Positions 40,517 through 52,309 of a stretch of DNA of 64,000 bases are shown here, in pieces. Position numbers and translations under genes: made by a program. Source of the DNA: Felis catus (taxonomy: Eukaryota); NCBI RefSeq assembly GCF_018350175.1, contig NC_058369.1, positions 24,740,001 through 24,804,000 of the forward strand, in the 5' to 3' direction. Numbering within the stretch: position 1 is the first letter of the stretch; every line of letters begins with the position of its first letter. The notes beneath the pieces are model-generated. The model was not told the origin of the DNA. It worked only from the letters and a program-made list of their open reading frames with translations, and made no database searches.

Positions 40517-42350
40517 GTAAATAAAGACAATTTTATTTGATCCTATCCAATCTGTGTGTGCACATATACACAGTCCATAGCAGACTTTGCAGGAATGTAT
40601 ATATTTCATTAAATGATAAATATGAGAACGTTTGGAAGTCCTGTGTATAATGTACTTTTGTCACTGTGAATTCTTTTCATAGGTTATGTGGGGCATGCCG
40701 AGTTTTAAATGGCTATTAGAAACCCAGTGGAAGTGTTTGGATAGACAGATGGAACCTTAAGTTAGGGGAGAGTTCCATCCTGGAGACAAATTTGGGAGTC
40801 CTCAGTATATGGATAATATTTAGAGCCACAAGGGTAAAAGAAATTAGCAAGTGAATGAGGTAACTTAGAGAAGAGATCCTGGGACTGAGCAACTTTAAGA
40901 GGTCTGGGGGAAAGGAGCAGCAAGAACCAGGATTGTGGAGTCCTGGAAGTGAAGTAGAGAAAGTGATTCAAAGTGGAAGGAGTTGGGGCCCCTGGATGGC
41001 TCAGTTGGCTGAGCATCGGACTTCAGCTCATGATCTCACAGTTTGTGAATTTGAGCCCCATGTCGGACTCTGTGCTGACAGATCAGAGCCTGGAGCCTGC
41101 TTCGGTCTCTCGTCTCTCTGCTTCTCCCCTACTCATGCTCTGTGTCTCTCAAAAATAAATATTAAATTTTTTTTTAAGTATTCAAAATAGAAGGAATAAT
41201 CAACTGTGTCACATGCTGATAATAATGTTAGGATGAGGATCTGAGAATCAGTCACCGGATTTGCAACATAAAAGTTATTAGTGACCTTGATGAGTTTTAG
41301 TGGAGTCGTGTGGGTGAAAGCTTGTTGGGAATGGGATTATGGGAGATGAGAGGAGAAAGTGGAATCATGTATTTTTTAAGGTGATAAAAAATGATGTGAT
41401 CCAGCAGAAAAGAAACAGTTGATTCAGGAGAAAGCAAAGAATTGCGGGAGAAAGATCCCTGAGAACGGGTTATATGAATATGTATGAATAACAGGAGTAC
41501 AAGCAGGTTTGCATGACTATTGATGCTGGTACAGATTTGGTGGTAGAAATTTCTTGAAGTTTTTTCAGAATGCTTCTCTATAAGATTTTTAGTGAAATAT
41601 TGATCAGGATTTTCAGCTGAGAATAAGTTATGAAAGAGAAAGTGTTAGGAATTTGGGAAAGAGGAGAAAGTTGAAATTGTTAAGAGTAAATGAATTTGGG
41701 AAATGTTTGACTGTAGGGTAGCATGTTGTTTGGGCTATGTATTTAAGGTGAAACTAAATATTGTGGCTTGGTATTTTTCTTCCTGAGTAGTGCAGGCACA
41801 GAGTAGGTGATGAAGAGTTAGATTTTACCAGTTTGGGGATTTGCAAAGTGTGTGTCAGAGCAGGAGTTGGGAATGGAAGGCAGTGGTGGTTTTGGTTGAT
41901 TGTGGAATTTAAGGAAGGAAATGAGGACAAGAGGAAGGTAGTAGAATCAATAGATTATAGATCCCAGATGAGTTAAAGAATTATCAGAATTGGGATATGC
42001 AAGGAGAGTGTTGGTCATTGTGCCGTGATTGAAATTGAGACTATGGAGGGATTGCAAGTTAGGAGTAACAAGGTCAGTATAAGATATCACTATGGGAATG
42101 AGTAACCGAGGTAGCTTGGAGGACAAGAGTAGAAGAGCAGAGTTAAGGAAATGAGAGGCCAGGGAATTGGGAAAATGATCTATGTGGATATGAAAGCACT
42201 AATAATTAAGACAGGAGTTACGCTAGAGGGATGTCGACCCACAAGTTAAGTTATTCAAGGCGTAACTAACCTAAGTTACTAATGCACAGGTCTATAGATA
42301 CCTATAAAGAAAATTGGTAGTATGACTGGTATAATCATGACATGAGATTC
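39360..42350 (-). mobile_element. Long degraded L2 element in CCDC66 intron 3, interrupted by SINEs and an orphan insertion
   Basis: Purine-rich L2 motifs (gaccttcactgag-like, gagcaaagatttgaagga, ggatatattttgaag, aatttgggagtcctcagtatatgg, ttagtgaccttga). Confidence 0.75.
40481..40688 (-). pseudogene. Orphan retrotransposed polyadenylated fragment (5'-truncated mRNA 3' end or orphan L1 transduction)
   Basis: T35 at 40481-40515; TTTATT (AATAAA on the minus strand) at 40532-40537; imperfect TSD; TTTT/AA site at the right flank; splits an L2 element. Confidence 0.65.
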
Positions 42351-42620
42351 CAAGCTGGAGTAGAATGGAGATGTTCTACAACAGCTAGAATGAAAATTCT
42401 TCTGCATTCATTATCTTGAAATAAAATAATTTCCAGTTGTTGATGAAGCTTTCAAGTAGATTTGCAAAGGTTAAATGTTACTTTCTCATGGATATAATCT
42501 TTTAACAGCAAAATGGAAAAAAAATTTAGAAGCCTGACATCACAGACAATATAAATAAAGATAATTGTTTGATTTTTTTCATGGGCTGTTATAAAGTATA
42601 AATTTCTCGTGTTTTAACAG

Positions 42621-43065
42621 ATGGGAAATAAGACCAAGATTGTAAAATGTCCATTAAGAACAAAACAAACTGGATACATTCTAAAATCAACACAAAATAC
42701 TTGTATCAAGAGTGGAAAACTTTTGCAAAAGAAGAGAATGGGTTCAGAAACTTCACAGGCAAAAGGTGAAAAAAATAGTATGACTTTTTCACCCACTAAG
42801 GATTTATGCAAGCAGTATGTAGATAAAGACTGTCTTTATGTCCAGAAAGAGATTTTACCTGCCACCCCCAATATACAGAAGACTAGAAACACCATAAATA
42901 CATCTATAGTATCTAAAGAGAAGCTTTGCCAAAAACACATCACAGCTGAAAATATGAAGAGCAGTTTGGTGTGTCTAACACAAGACCAACTACAACAGAT
43001 TTTGATGACTGTGAACCAAGGGAATGGATCTATTTCCCTGATTGAAAATGGAAGGGAGGAAACAT
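42621..43065 (+). CDS. CCDC66: CCDC66 exon 4 (MGNKTKIVKCPLRTK...LVCLTQDQLQQILM...ENGREET)
   Basis: ttttaacag|ATG acceptor and T|gtaagg donor; 445 nt; corresponds to ORF 42621..43172. Confidence 0.95.
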
Positions 43066-44500
43066 GTAAGGTTTTTTTTGAAGTTTTAATTAATGTTAAC
43101 TTTACCAATATGTACTTGTTTTCGAATTTCTCATTCATTGGATTTGATATAACTGTTGCTCTTAAATTCTAAGTTACTGTGTAACAATCTTTTAAAATAA
43201 TTATTCTTTTAGAGAACAGTTTTCTCATGCAGAATTACTTGTATAGTTATAATATGCCACATTTTAAGGTTAATGCTCAAAACACAGTACAATCATGGTA
43301 CCATAGCCTTAAGAAACCCAATTCTGTGGACTCTAGAGTAAAAAAGTTATGGTACTTATTTTAGAATATAGAAGGCTCTGCTTACATTAAAAATAATTAT
43401 ATTAAATGTTTTAAAAGACCACTATAGAATTTCTAGTGAAAATTGAGGGAAGCTTTACTTTGAATATTTGACTTGAGTTGCTGAAAAGATTTTTTCCTGG
43501 CTCCTGCATTTTGCCTTCTTTGACCCTTAATCTACGTTGAGGATTGGCAGCACTATCTTTTTAACCAATGTAAAACATAGATTTGGAAGGAGTAGTAGAG
43601 TGTCACATGTCTTCTGTTTCATTAGGGCATTGTGTTATGTTTTTAAAAGCCTTCCAGTTTCAGCTTTGAGCTAAGGAATTAATATGAGTAGAAATATCAT
43701 TAAAATTTTGTTAGGCGATAATGAAATAAATTGAAATTAACAGTCACCAGAAAGAGGCCCCACAACTGACTTGGGGACAAGTTGGAGTAATTTACCTTCT
43801 CTTGGTCTAGATTATTCTTTGTAAAATGAGGGAGCTGGGTCTTTAGAGGCTAGAATTGTAGCCTAGAGAACAAAAAATAAAAACTTACTATGCATAGTGA
43901 GAGATAACATCAACAAAGTTGAAGGCAGAATTTGTCTAATCATGTATTGACCTGCATATTAAATATGCTTTCTCTTCACTGGGAAAACTAGCACATTGAG
44001 GAAGAATTAGAACAGTGTTTGAGCCAAGCATAGGAACCTGTATAAAACATTTGTAACAGATATAACAGAGGCATAGAGACAGTGGTCCATAATCAAGTTT
44101 TCCATTGATTTCCCAGCTAAATGAGAAAAATAAGGACAAGGTAATGAGTTTTTCATAAAGCTATTTGCATTTATTCTCCTTTAAGTTGTGATTTGTATTA
44201 TATTATTTGTAAAAATATTATCAACAGGAGTAAATGGAGGGTTTTTGTTGTTGTTGCTTGTTTGTTTTCATATTTGACACAAGAGATTATATAGATCTTC
44301 TGGACCATTTAACCGCTGGGCTCAGTTTCCTTTTTTGACAAAAGGGAACGATAATACCTGCTGAAGGATTGCTGTGAGAGGTAATTACTTTGGTAATGTT
44401 AAGGCAGTGTTTTTAAAGTGTGTAGCAGTATGCCAAGATAAGGTATTGTAATATGTGTAATTTTAGTGTTAATTTTAAAACATGCATTTTTACTCCCTAG

Positions 44501-44666
44501 GTCGGGGCAGTCTACATTTAAACAATATTTCTAATCAGCCAAATGACGAAAACGTTATGGGAGTACTCCAAAAAACTGAGGCTCTTTCATCTGTCCTAGA
44601 TGAAAGTAAATCTGTTTTAAATAAAAATCAGGAGACATCTAAGCAGTATGAACAGAAAATTGCCAT
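44501..44666 (+). CDS. CCDC66: CCDC66 exon 5 (CRGSLHLNNISNQP...QYEQKIA)
   Basis: tactccctag| acceptor and AT|gtatgt donor; 166 nt, phase 1 to 2. Confidence 0.92.
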
Positions 44667-44845
44667 GTATGTAACGCCTATATGTTATTGTGGGGTCATC
44701 TGGTGAAAATGGTTCTGCTTTTCCTTGACTTGCATGTGAAATATTTACTGTGAAGACTGTGAGCTGTTTAAAAGTTTATTACTTAATATTTATGGGTAAC
44801 TTGTATAGAAACATATAATAAGGTTTCTGTTATTTTTTGTGTTAG

Positions 44846-44949
44846 AGAGAATGCATGGAAACCAGCTGACATATTCAGTACCCTGGGGGAAAGAGAACGT
44901 GATAGAAGTTTGTTGGAAGCAAAAAAAGCCCAGTGGAGGAAAGAGCTTG
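44846..44949 (+). CDS. CCDC66: CCDC66 exon 6 (IENAWKPADIFSTLGERERDRSLLEAKKAQWRKEL)
   Basis: ttttttgtgttag| acceptor and G|gtaggt donor; 104 nt, phase 2 to 1. Confidence 0.93.
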
Positions 44950-45307
44950 GTAGGTAATTATTATACCTGTTATTATTATAGATTAGGTTGTGTCTTTTTG
45001 TCTATTCGGTGTGCACCAAAAGACCAGAGGTGAGCGATGAGCATTAATATCATTAGTATCATTCTGGAGCTCAAAGATTCCTAAACTTTTCTCGGTTCCT
45101 GAGAATCCATTTTCATATTTTCCTATTGTAGAAATCCTATGCATTTAATGGTTTTATTTAAAAATAATTGGGTTCGGGGCACCTGGGTGACTCAGTCGGT
45201 TAGGTGTCTGACTTTGGCTCAGGGCATGATCTCATAGTCCATGAGTTTGAGCCCGGTGTCGGGCTCTGTGCTGACAGCTCAGAGCCTGGAGCCTGCTTTG
45301 GATTCTG

Positions 45308-45348
<41 letters not shown>

Positions 45349-46189
45349 GCCCCTCCCCTGCTTGCACTCTGTCTGTCTCTCACTCTCAAAATAAATAAAC
45401 ATTAAAAAAAAAAAATTAAAAGTAAAAGCATAGAGATGGGCTTCATCTTCCACTCAACTAGAAAGTCCTGTGAGGCAGTCATATCGCTGATGAGACAGGT
45501 GATATAGAAAAAGAGATAAGCAGAAGAAATTGGGAATGAATTATTTATGTTGGAAGTCAAAGTAGCAGAAGTTTGAAGAAATTAAATGTATGCTAACAGT
45601 ATCTGAAGGTCTGGAGATTTGTTGTGTCTTTATATCATAATTTCAGCTTTAAATATTTTCTTTCAATACACATTTTGCTTATCAGACTGTAACACCAAAC
45701 TTCTGAAGTAAGATGGAATTGCTTGGAAATGACTAAAGTGTTTTATGTTTTATTACCTAAAAAGAGTTTACTTTCTTCTACTGTTAAGAAAGCACCTTTC
45801 TCTTTGTTAAAGTCCTGCTTTCATTAATTTTCTTGAAATTTAGATTTATACATCTCTGAATCTTTTTTATTTAAGATTTTTTTAAGATTTATTTAAGTTT
45901 ATTTTTGAGAGAGAGACAACATGAGTGGGGAGGGGCAGAGAGAGAGGGAGACAGAGAATCCCAGGTAGGCTCTGCACTGTCAGTGTGGAGCCTGACGTGG
46001 GGCTTGAACTCGTGAGACCATGAGACCATGACCTGAGCCAAAACCAAGAGTCGGGTGTTTAACCGACTGAGCCACCCAGGTGCCCCTATACATCTCTGAA
46101 TTTTTAAGAACTATTGATTTGGGACCTTGTTGTTGTATTAGTTTGTTAGATACAAGATTTTGTTTTTCACTTTTCAGCAGTTGTGAATA

Positions 46190-46390
46190 ATAATGGCATT
46201 TATTACATACTTACTTTGTGCTAGGTCCTATATTGAAATAGGCACTATTCTCATTTTACAAAAGAAGAAACTGAGTTTTAGAAAGGTGAACAGCGATTTG
46301 CCCCGTTACACAGATAGGAAGTGGTTGAACTAGGATTCGCTTACAGGGTTCTCTGAATCCAGAGGTCTCACTTTTCAATCTCTTTGTAAT
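46190..46390 (-). mobile_element. MIR element (further MIR-like relics near 11455-11650, 16500-16720, 17960-18110, 30460-30590, 44300-44450)
   Basis: cattttaca...gaagaaactgag core and ctaggattc motif. Confidence 0.7.
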
Positions 46391-46716
46391 ACCTGAGTGA
46401 ACATTATAGGAAAGTAGAACTTCAGAATAATTAGCATGTTATAAAATACGTTCTGAAAAAATTGCTTTTTATTGCCAATTGTGATAAACATTTTTACATC
46501 CATCTGTGCCATACATAAGTTTGGTTCTGGTTAAATGTTTTCTTTTATTCCATATTTCTTAAAATTCTTCTCTGTTTTGTGAGGTAATCTCCCTAAAAAA
46601 CAGTTTTGATTAGATCTGTGTTGGAATCTGCACTCTTTAAGAAGGTCATGATTTGTTTACATGATTTTTTTTTTACATTTTTTATACATTTTTTTTAAAA
46701 AGGACATTATTTACAG

Positions 46717-46838
46717 ATGAACAGGTTGCTTTAAAGAAGAAAGAAAAAGAAGCTTCTGAAAAATGGAACAATCCTTGGAAAAAATTTGAAAGTGATAAAA
46801 GAGTATGGGAAAAATTTCAAATTCTTGACCAGTCTAAG
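46717..46838 (+). CDS. CCDC66: CCDC66 exon 7 (DEQVALKKKEKEASEKWNNPWKKFESDKRVWEKFQILDQSK)
   Basis: ttatttacag| acceptor and AAG|gtaaga donor; 122 nt, phase 1 to 0. Confidence 0.93.
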
Positions 46839-47667
46839 GTAAGAGTATAAAAATGAAGCATTTTTAGAATATAAGACATCTTAATTTTACTTAAAAAAAA
46901 TTTTTTTTTTTTTAACGTTTATTTATTCTTGAGACAGAGAGAGACAGAGCATGAATGGGGGAGGGCCAGAGAGAGAGGGAGACACAGAATCCGAAACAGG
47001 CTCCAGGCTCTGAGCGGTCAGCACAGAGCCTGACACGGGGCTCGAACCCACGGACCGCGAGATCATGACCTGAGCCGAAGTTGGATGCTCAACTGACTGA
47101 GCCACCCAGGCGCCCCTACTTTTTTAAATTCTAAGCCATGTTCATATCATAAAGCTTTTTTAAAAAATTTATTTTTCATGTTATTTTATCTCATTCATTC
47201 ATTCATTCATTCATTCCGTTAGTAGGCTTCATGCACAGCATGGAGCCCAATGTGGGGCTTGAACTCACAAGAGTTCAAGACCTGAGCTAAGACCTGAGCT
47301 AAGATTAAGAGTTGGATACTTAACTGACTGAGCCATCCAGGCACCTCTCATATCTTGTTTTAGAACAATTTTATTTTGAATTTAATTATGACCTCAGCTA
47401 GGTTCTATCTGCATTCTGTAAATTGTCTTACTATATAGATGAGTGTAGAGGCCTGAGGCACCTCCTTCAGGCTCCTGTAAAAGAGCTCTGCATTTTTTTA
47501 GGTGACCACAAAACACTGCCAGTGACCATGTGGTATCCACCACAAGGTTATGTCAAACATAAGTATATACCAGGTGTCCCTTAAGTAGTGTTTTAGTGAC
47601 CTTTAAATTTTGCCTAGGTTTAATATTATATAAAGAAAGTGTTCTTGTGTTTTCTCTTTGTTTTTAG

Positions 47668-47769
47668 ACTTGTGCTAGCTCTTCTAGCATTCTGTCACAG
47701 TCTCCTTGTCAGGTAACATTGGTCCAGGATGATGGGCACCCACTAATTAGAGTTGGTCAAATTTTAGAG
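47668..47769 (+). CDS. CCDC66: Candidate cassette exon of CCDC66 (TCASSSSILSQSPCQVTLVQDDGHPLIRVGQILE)
   Basis: Strong pyrimidine tract ttttctctttgtttttag| and perfect GAG|gtaagt donor; 102 nt, open, phase 0/0, matching the phase-0 intron between exons 7 and 8. Confidence 0.65.
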
Positions 47770-47922
47770 GTAAGTGCCATTACTTTGAATATATAAGCCT
47801 TTTAGTACTTGATCTCTATTTTCCTTGAAGGAGTGAATCTAAATATTTTTATTTTATTTTAATTAACAGTTAATTTTTACTGAGTTCATTATGCTCCTTA
47901 AATTTAAAAAAATATGAACTTT

Positions 47923-47953
<31 letters not shown>

Positions 47954-50329
47954 ATAATTTTTCTTTCCTAGTGAACGTTTACAGTTTAACAAATGTGTTC
48001 TGAAAATAATGCAGTAACCTAAAGGGATGATTCTGGTGGTAGACGTTTTCAGCACTGGTAGATTTCTTATAGAACCCCTCCAGGTTAGATTGTGTGGCTT
48101 CCATGGCTGTTCTGCTCCATATAGGGCTGACTTGCCTACATCAAAGAGTTCTATAGTTGTTGATAATTTTACATTAACAAAAGGAATGAAATCTGAATTG
48201 TATTTTTCCACATTCCCAAAAGTACTTTGACTATTGAAAGGCAAATTAGTCTTGATAGAAGGCATTTTACAAAAATCTTAGTTTTAAAGGATAATTTTAA
48301 GTGTAAAGTTAAAGTGTAAAGTTTAAAAATTGATACATGCAGGGGCGCCTGGGTGGCTCAGTTGGTTGAGTGTCCGACTCTAGGTTTTGGCTCAGGTCAC
48401 AATTTCCTGGTTTGTGAGATCTGTGCTGACAGCACATAGCCTGCTTGGGATTTTCTCTCTCACTCACTCTCAGCCCCTCCCCAACTTGTGTGTGCACTCT
48501 CTCTCAAAAACAAAATACTTTGATGCATGCAGATACTACTAAAAATTACAACTAAAACTGTTCATGAAGTTGGTAAGAATTTGTTGTTAGCTTATTTACA
48601 GTTCAACATTAGGATTGAAGTATCTTTAATACTAAAAATGGTAAGGTATTTTCAGTTACCAAAAAAATTTAGATTGAAATGTTACTATATCATTTCTTAT
48701 TGCTTAATTTGTACTATTTTTAGGTCATTTATTATCTGAGAGTAATTTATACTATGATTATTTTCTTAAATTTTTTTTGTTTGATTTTTTTTTCAACGTT
48801 TTTTATTTATTTTTGGGACAGAGAGAGACAGAGCATGAATGGGGGAGGGGCAGAGAGAGAGGGAGACACAGAATCGGAAACAGGCTCCAGGCTCGGAGCC
48901 ATCAGCCCAGAGCCTGACGCGGGGCTCGAACTCACGGACTGCGAGATCGTGACCTGGCTGAAGTCGGACGCTTAACCGACTGCGCCACCCAGGCGCCCCT
49001 TCTTAAATTTTTTTTAATGTTTATTTATTTTTGAGAGAGAAAGACAAAGCATGAATGGCAGAGGGGCAGAGAGAGAGGGAGACACAGAATCCGAAGCAGG
49101 CTCCAGGCTCTGAGCTGTCAGCACAATCCCGATGCGGTGCTTAAACTCACAAACTGTGAGATTACGACCTGAGCTGAAGTCAGATGCTTAACCGACTGAG
49201 CCACCCAGGCACCCCTATACTATGATTATTAATGCAAATAAATAATTAGCCATTTGAGGTGACTTTTAGGTGTTTTTACATTTCATATGTATTTTTAAAT
49301 GATAGCGTGTGTCTTTTTTTTATAATCCAAAAAACCAATAAAATTATTTATACTGTGGAGTCAGAGATGGGAATTGGGGTGGGAGAAGAACTAGAAAATA
49401 AAACACACACTAAATGTAAGGCTGGACACCAAGGCTTAAAGGGTATCATTATCTATTCTCTCTTTTTTTTTTTTTTTAACTGTTTAAATGCAGTTTTTAT
49501 GCACTTATGTGTATGCATGTGGTAGGATATTGGAGAGATGCTGTTGAGGGGAAATGAATTAACTGTGTAATTTTAAAAAACCCTTCTTAAATATCTGAAA
49601 GCAGTTGGCTTCAGAAATCCATCCCATAGCCAGACTGTTTTACTATTAAGTTAACCTTTTTGTGTAATTAAGAGGAGCAAAAATTTGGTTGCAAGTAGAG
49701 TCACCAAGGCCAATTTTGTTAAAACATAAGGTAATGCATATAAAGTGCTTATTAGAACATTGGCTGACAAATAGCAAATACTCAGTACTCTGTTTGTAAC
49801 TTACAAAGCATATCTTTTTGGGGTCCAAGGCTGTTTGGAGTCAGCTTCCCTTCTTCTTTCTTTTTTTTAAGTTTATTTATTTTGTGAGAAAGAGCAGAGG
49901 GGCAGAGAGAGAGAATCCCAAGTAGGCTTTGCACTGCCAGTGCTGAGCCTGACTAGGGGCTCGAACTCATGAACCATGAGATCATGAGATCATGAGATCA
50001 TGAATCATCCAATCATGAGATCAGACACTTGGAACTGAACCACCCAGTTGCCCCTACACTGTGTAATTTTAAACTGTTGTGTTTCTAAGAAATTTACTTC
50101 TAGCCTCAACTTTTTTGAGAACATCTCACCTCCATGCAGACTTGGCTTTCCCTAATCACTACTCCTTGCTGGGAAACCTTTTAAGTGAAGGAAGTATATT
50201 CAAATGCATTCTTTAACATGGGGAAGAAAGGGAGGTTATCATTCTGCTAAGTTTCTTAATGCTACCACCATACTATAGTTCTGCATTTGGCCAATAAAAA
50301 ATTATATGTTCTTTCCTTTTTAACCTTTT

Positions 50330-52080
50330 TTTTTTGTGGTAAAATACACAAAACATAGAATTTACCATTTTAATCATTTTTAAGTGTACATGTAGAGGGA
50401 TTCAGTACATTCATTTTGTCAGTCAACCATTGCCGCTGTCCACCTCCAGAATTTTTTCATCATTACAAACTGAAACTATCCATTACAGTCACTCCCCATT
50501 TTTCCCTCCCCCTAGCCCCTGGCAGCCATTCTAATTTGTCTATGAATTTGACTATTCTAGATACTTTAAGTGGAATCACGTAATATTTGCTCTTTTGTGT
50601 CTGACATACTTCATTTATACTGTTTTCAGGGTTCATCCGTGTTATAGCATGTATCAGAGTCTCATTCCTTTTTAAGGCTAAATAATATTTCATTGTATTT
50701 ATAATACTGCATTTTGTTCATCCATCCAAATGTTGATGGATATTTGAGTTGTTACCCCTTTTTGGCTATTGTGGAATAATGCTGCAATGAACATTGGTGT
50801 ACAGACAATCTCTTTGAGGCTCTACTCTCAGTTCTTTTGGGTAGATACCCATATGTGGAATTGCTGCATCGTATGATAATTTTATATTTAATTTTTTGTT
50901 AGGTTTTACCAGTTTTAATTTGGTAATTTTATATTTAACTGTATTGTTTGCCATAGTTGTTCTACCATTGCACATTTCCATCAGCAGTGTACAAGGTTTC
51001 TAATTTCTCCACATCCTCACCGACTTTTTTGTAATAACTGACCTAATAGGTGTGAAGTGGTAGCTCATTGTAATTTTGGTTTACATTTCCTTAATGATTA
51101 GTGATGTTGAACATTTTTTTCATATGCTTGTTGGCCATCTGTGTATCTTCTTTGGAGGGATGTCAAGTTTTGTGCCCATTTTTGAATTGGGTTTTTGTTG
51201 TCGTTGAGTTGTAGGCATTCTTTATTCTGGGTATTAATACCTGATCCGATGTATGATTTGTACCATTCTTTATGTTGCCTTTTCACTTTCTTGATAGAGC
51301 CTTTTGATGCACAAAAGTTTTTAATTTTGATGAACTCCATTTTATCTGTTTTTTTTTCCTTTGTTGCCTGTGCTTTTTGTCTCCTATCCAAGAAACCATT
51401 GCCAAATCTGATACAGAACTTTTCCCCTATGTTTTCTTCTAAGATTTTTGTAGTTTCAGTTCTTATGTTTAGGTCTTTGATTCACTTGGAGTTAATTTTT
51501 GTATATAGTGTAAGATAAGGGTCCAGTTTTATTCTTTCACATATTCTGCATTGGTATCCAGTTTTCTCAGCACCATTTATTTGAAAAGATTGTCCTTGAT
51601 GGTCAATCATGATGACTCAATGATGGTCAAAAATCATGTGACTGTATATGCGAGAGTTTAATTCTGGGCACTCCATTCCATTGTTCTGTATGTCTCTTTA
51701 TGTCACTGTCTCACTCTTTTAATTGTCCAATCTTTGTAGTAGGTTTTGAAAGCATGAAGTGTGAATTCTCCAGTTTTGTTCGTTTTTAAGATTGTTGTAG
51801 CTCTTCAGGCTTTCTTGAGATACCATAGGAATCTTAGGGTGGATTTTTCTATTTCTGCAAAATGCATCAAGTTTTTCATAGAGGTTGTGTTGAATCTGTA
51901 GATCACTTTAGGTAATTTTGACAATATTAAGTTTTCTGATTTCATGAACACAGATTATCTTTCCATTTATTTGTGCCTTCTTTAATTTCCCTCAGCAGTG
52001 TTTTACAGTTTTCAGTGTACACATCTTTTGCCTTCTTATTCCTAGGTATTTTATTTTTGGTGCTATTATACATGGAATTG
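50330..52080 (-). mobile_element. L1MB-type 3' fragment
   Basis: ORFs 51098..51391 and 51942..52193 (minus strand) give L1 ORF2 peptides (KAQATKEK.DK.EFIKIKNFCASK; YTENCKTLLREIKE.TNKWK). Confidence 0.85.
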
Positions 52081-52102
52081 TTTTCTTTCTTTTCTTTTCT
52101 TT

Positions 52103-52157
<55 letters not shown>

Positions 52158-52309
52158 AGTTTCTTTGCTTATTTTGAGAGAGAGAGAGAACATGTGGGAG
52201 GGGCAGAGAGAGAGAGAGAATCCCAGGCAACCTCTGCATCATCAGCACAGAGCCGAGCCCGTGCTTGTGAGAACAGCAAGTTGGTCCTAAGTAACATATA
52301 TCAGGTGCC

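Noticed and set aside
43066..43172. Extension of ORF 42621..43172 beyond ENGREET
   Set aside because: Read-through into intron 4 past the T|gtaagg donor; homology continues instead at 44501.
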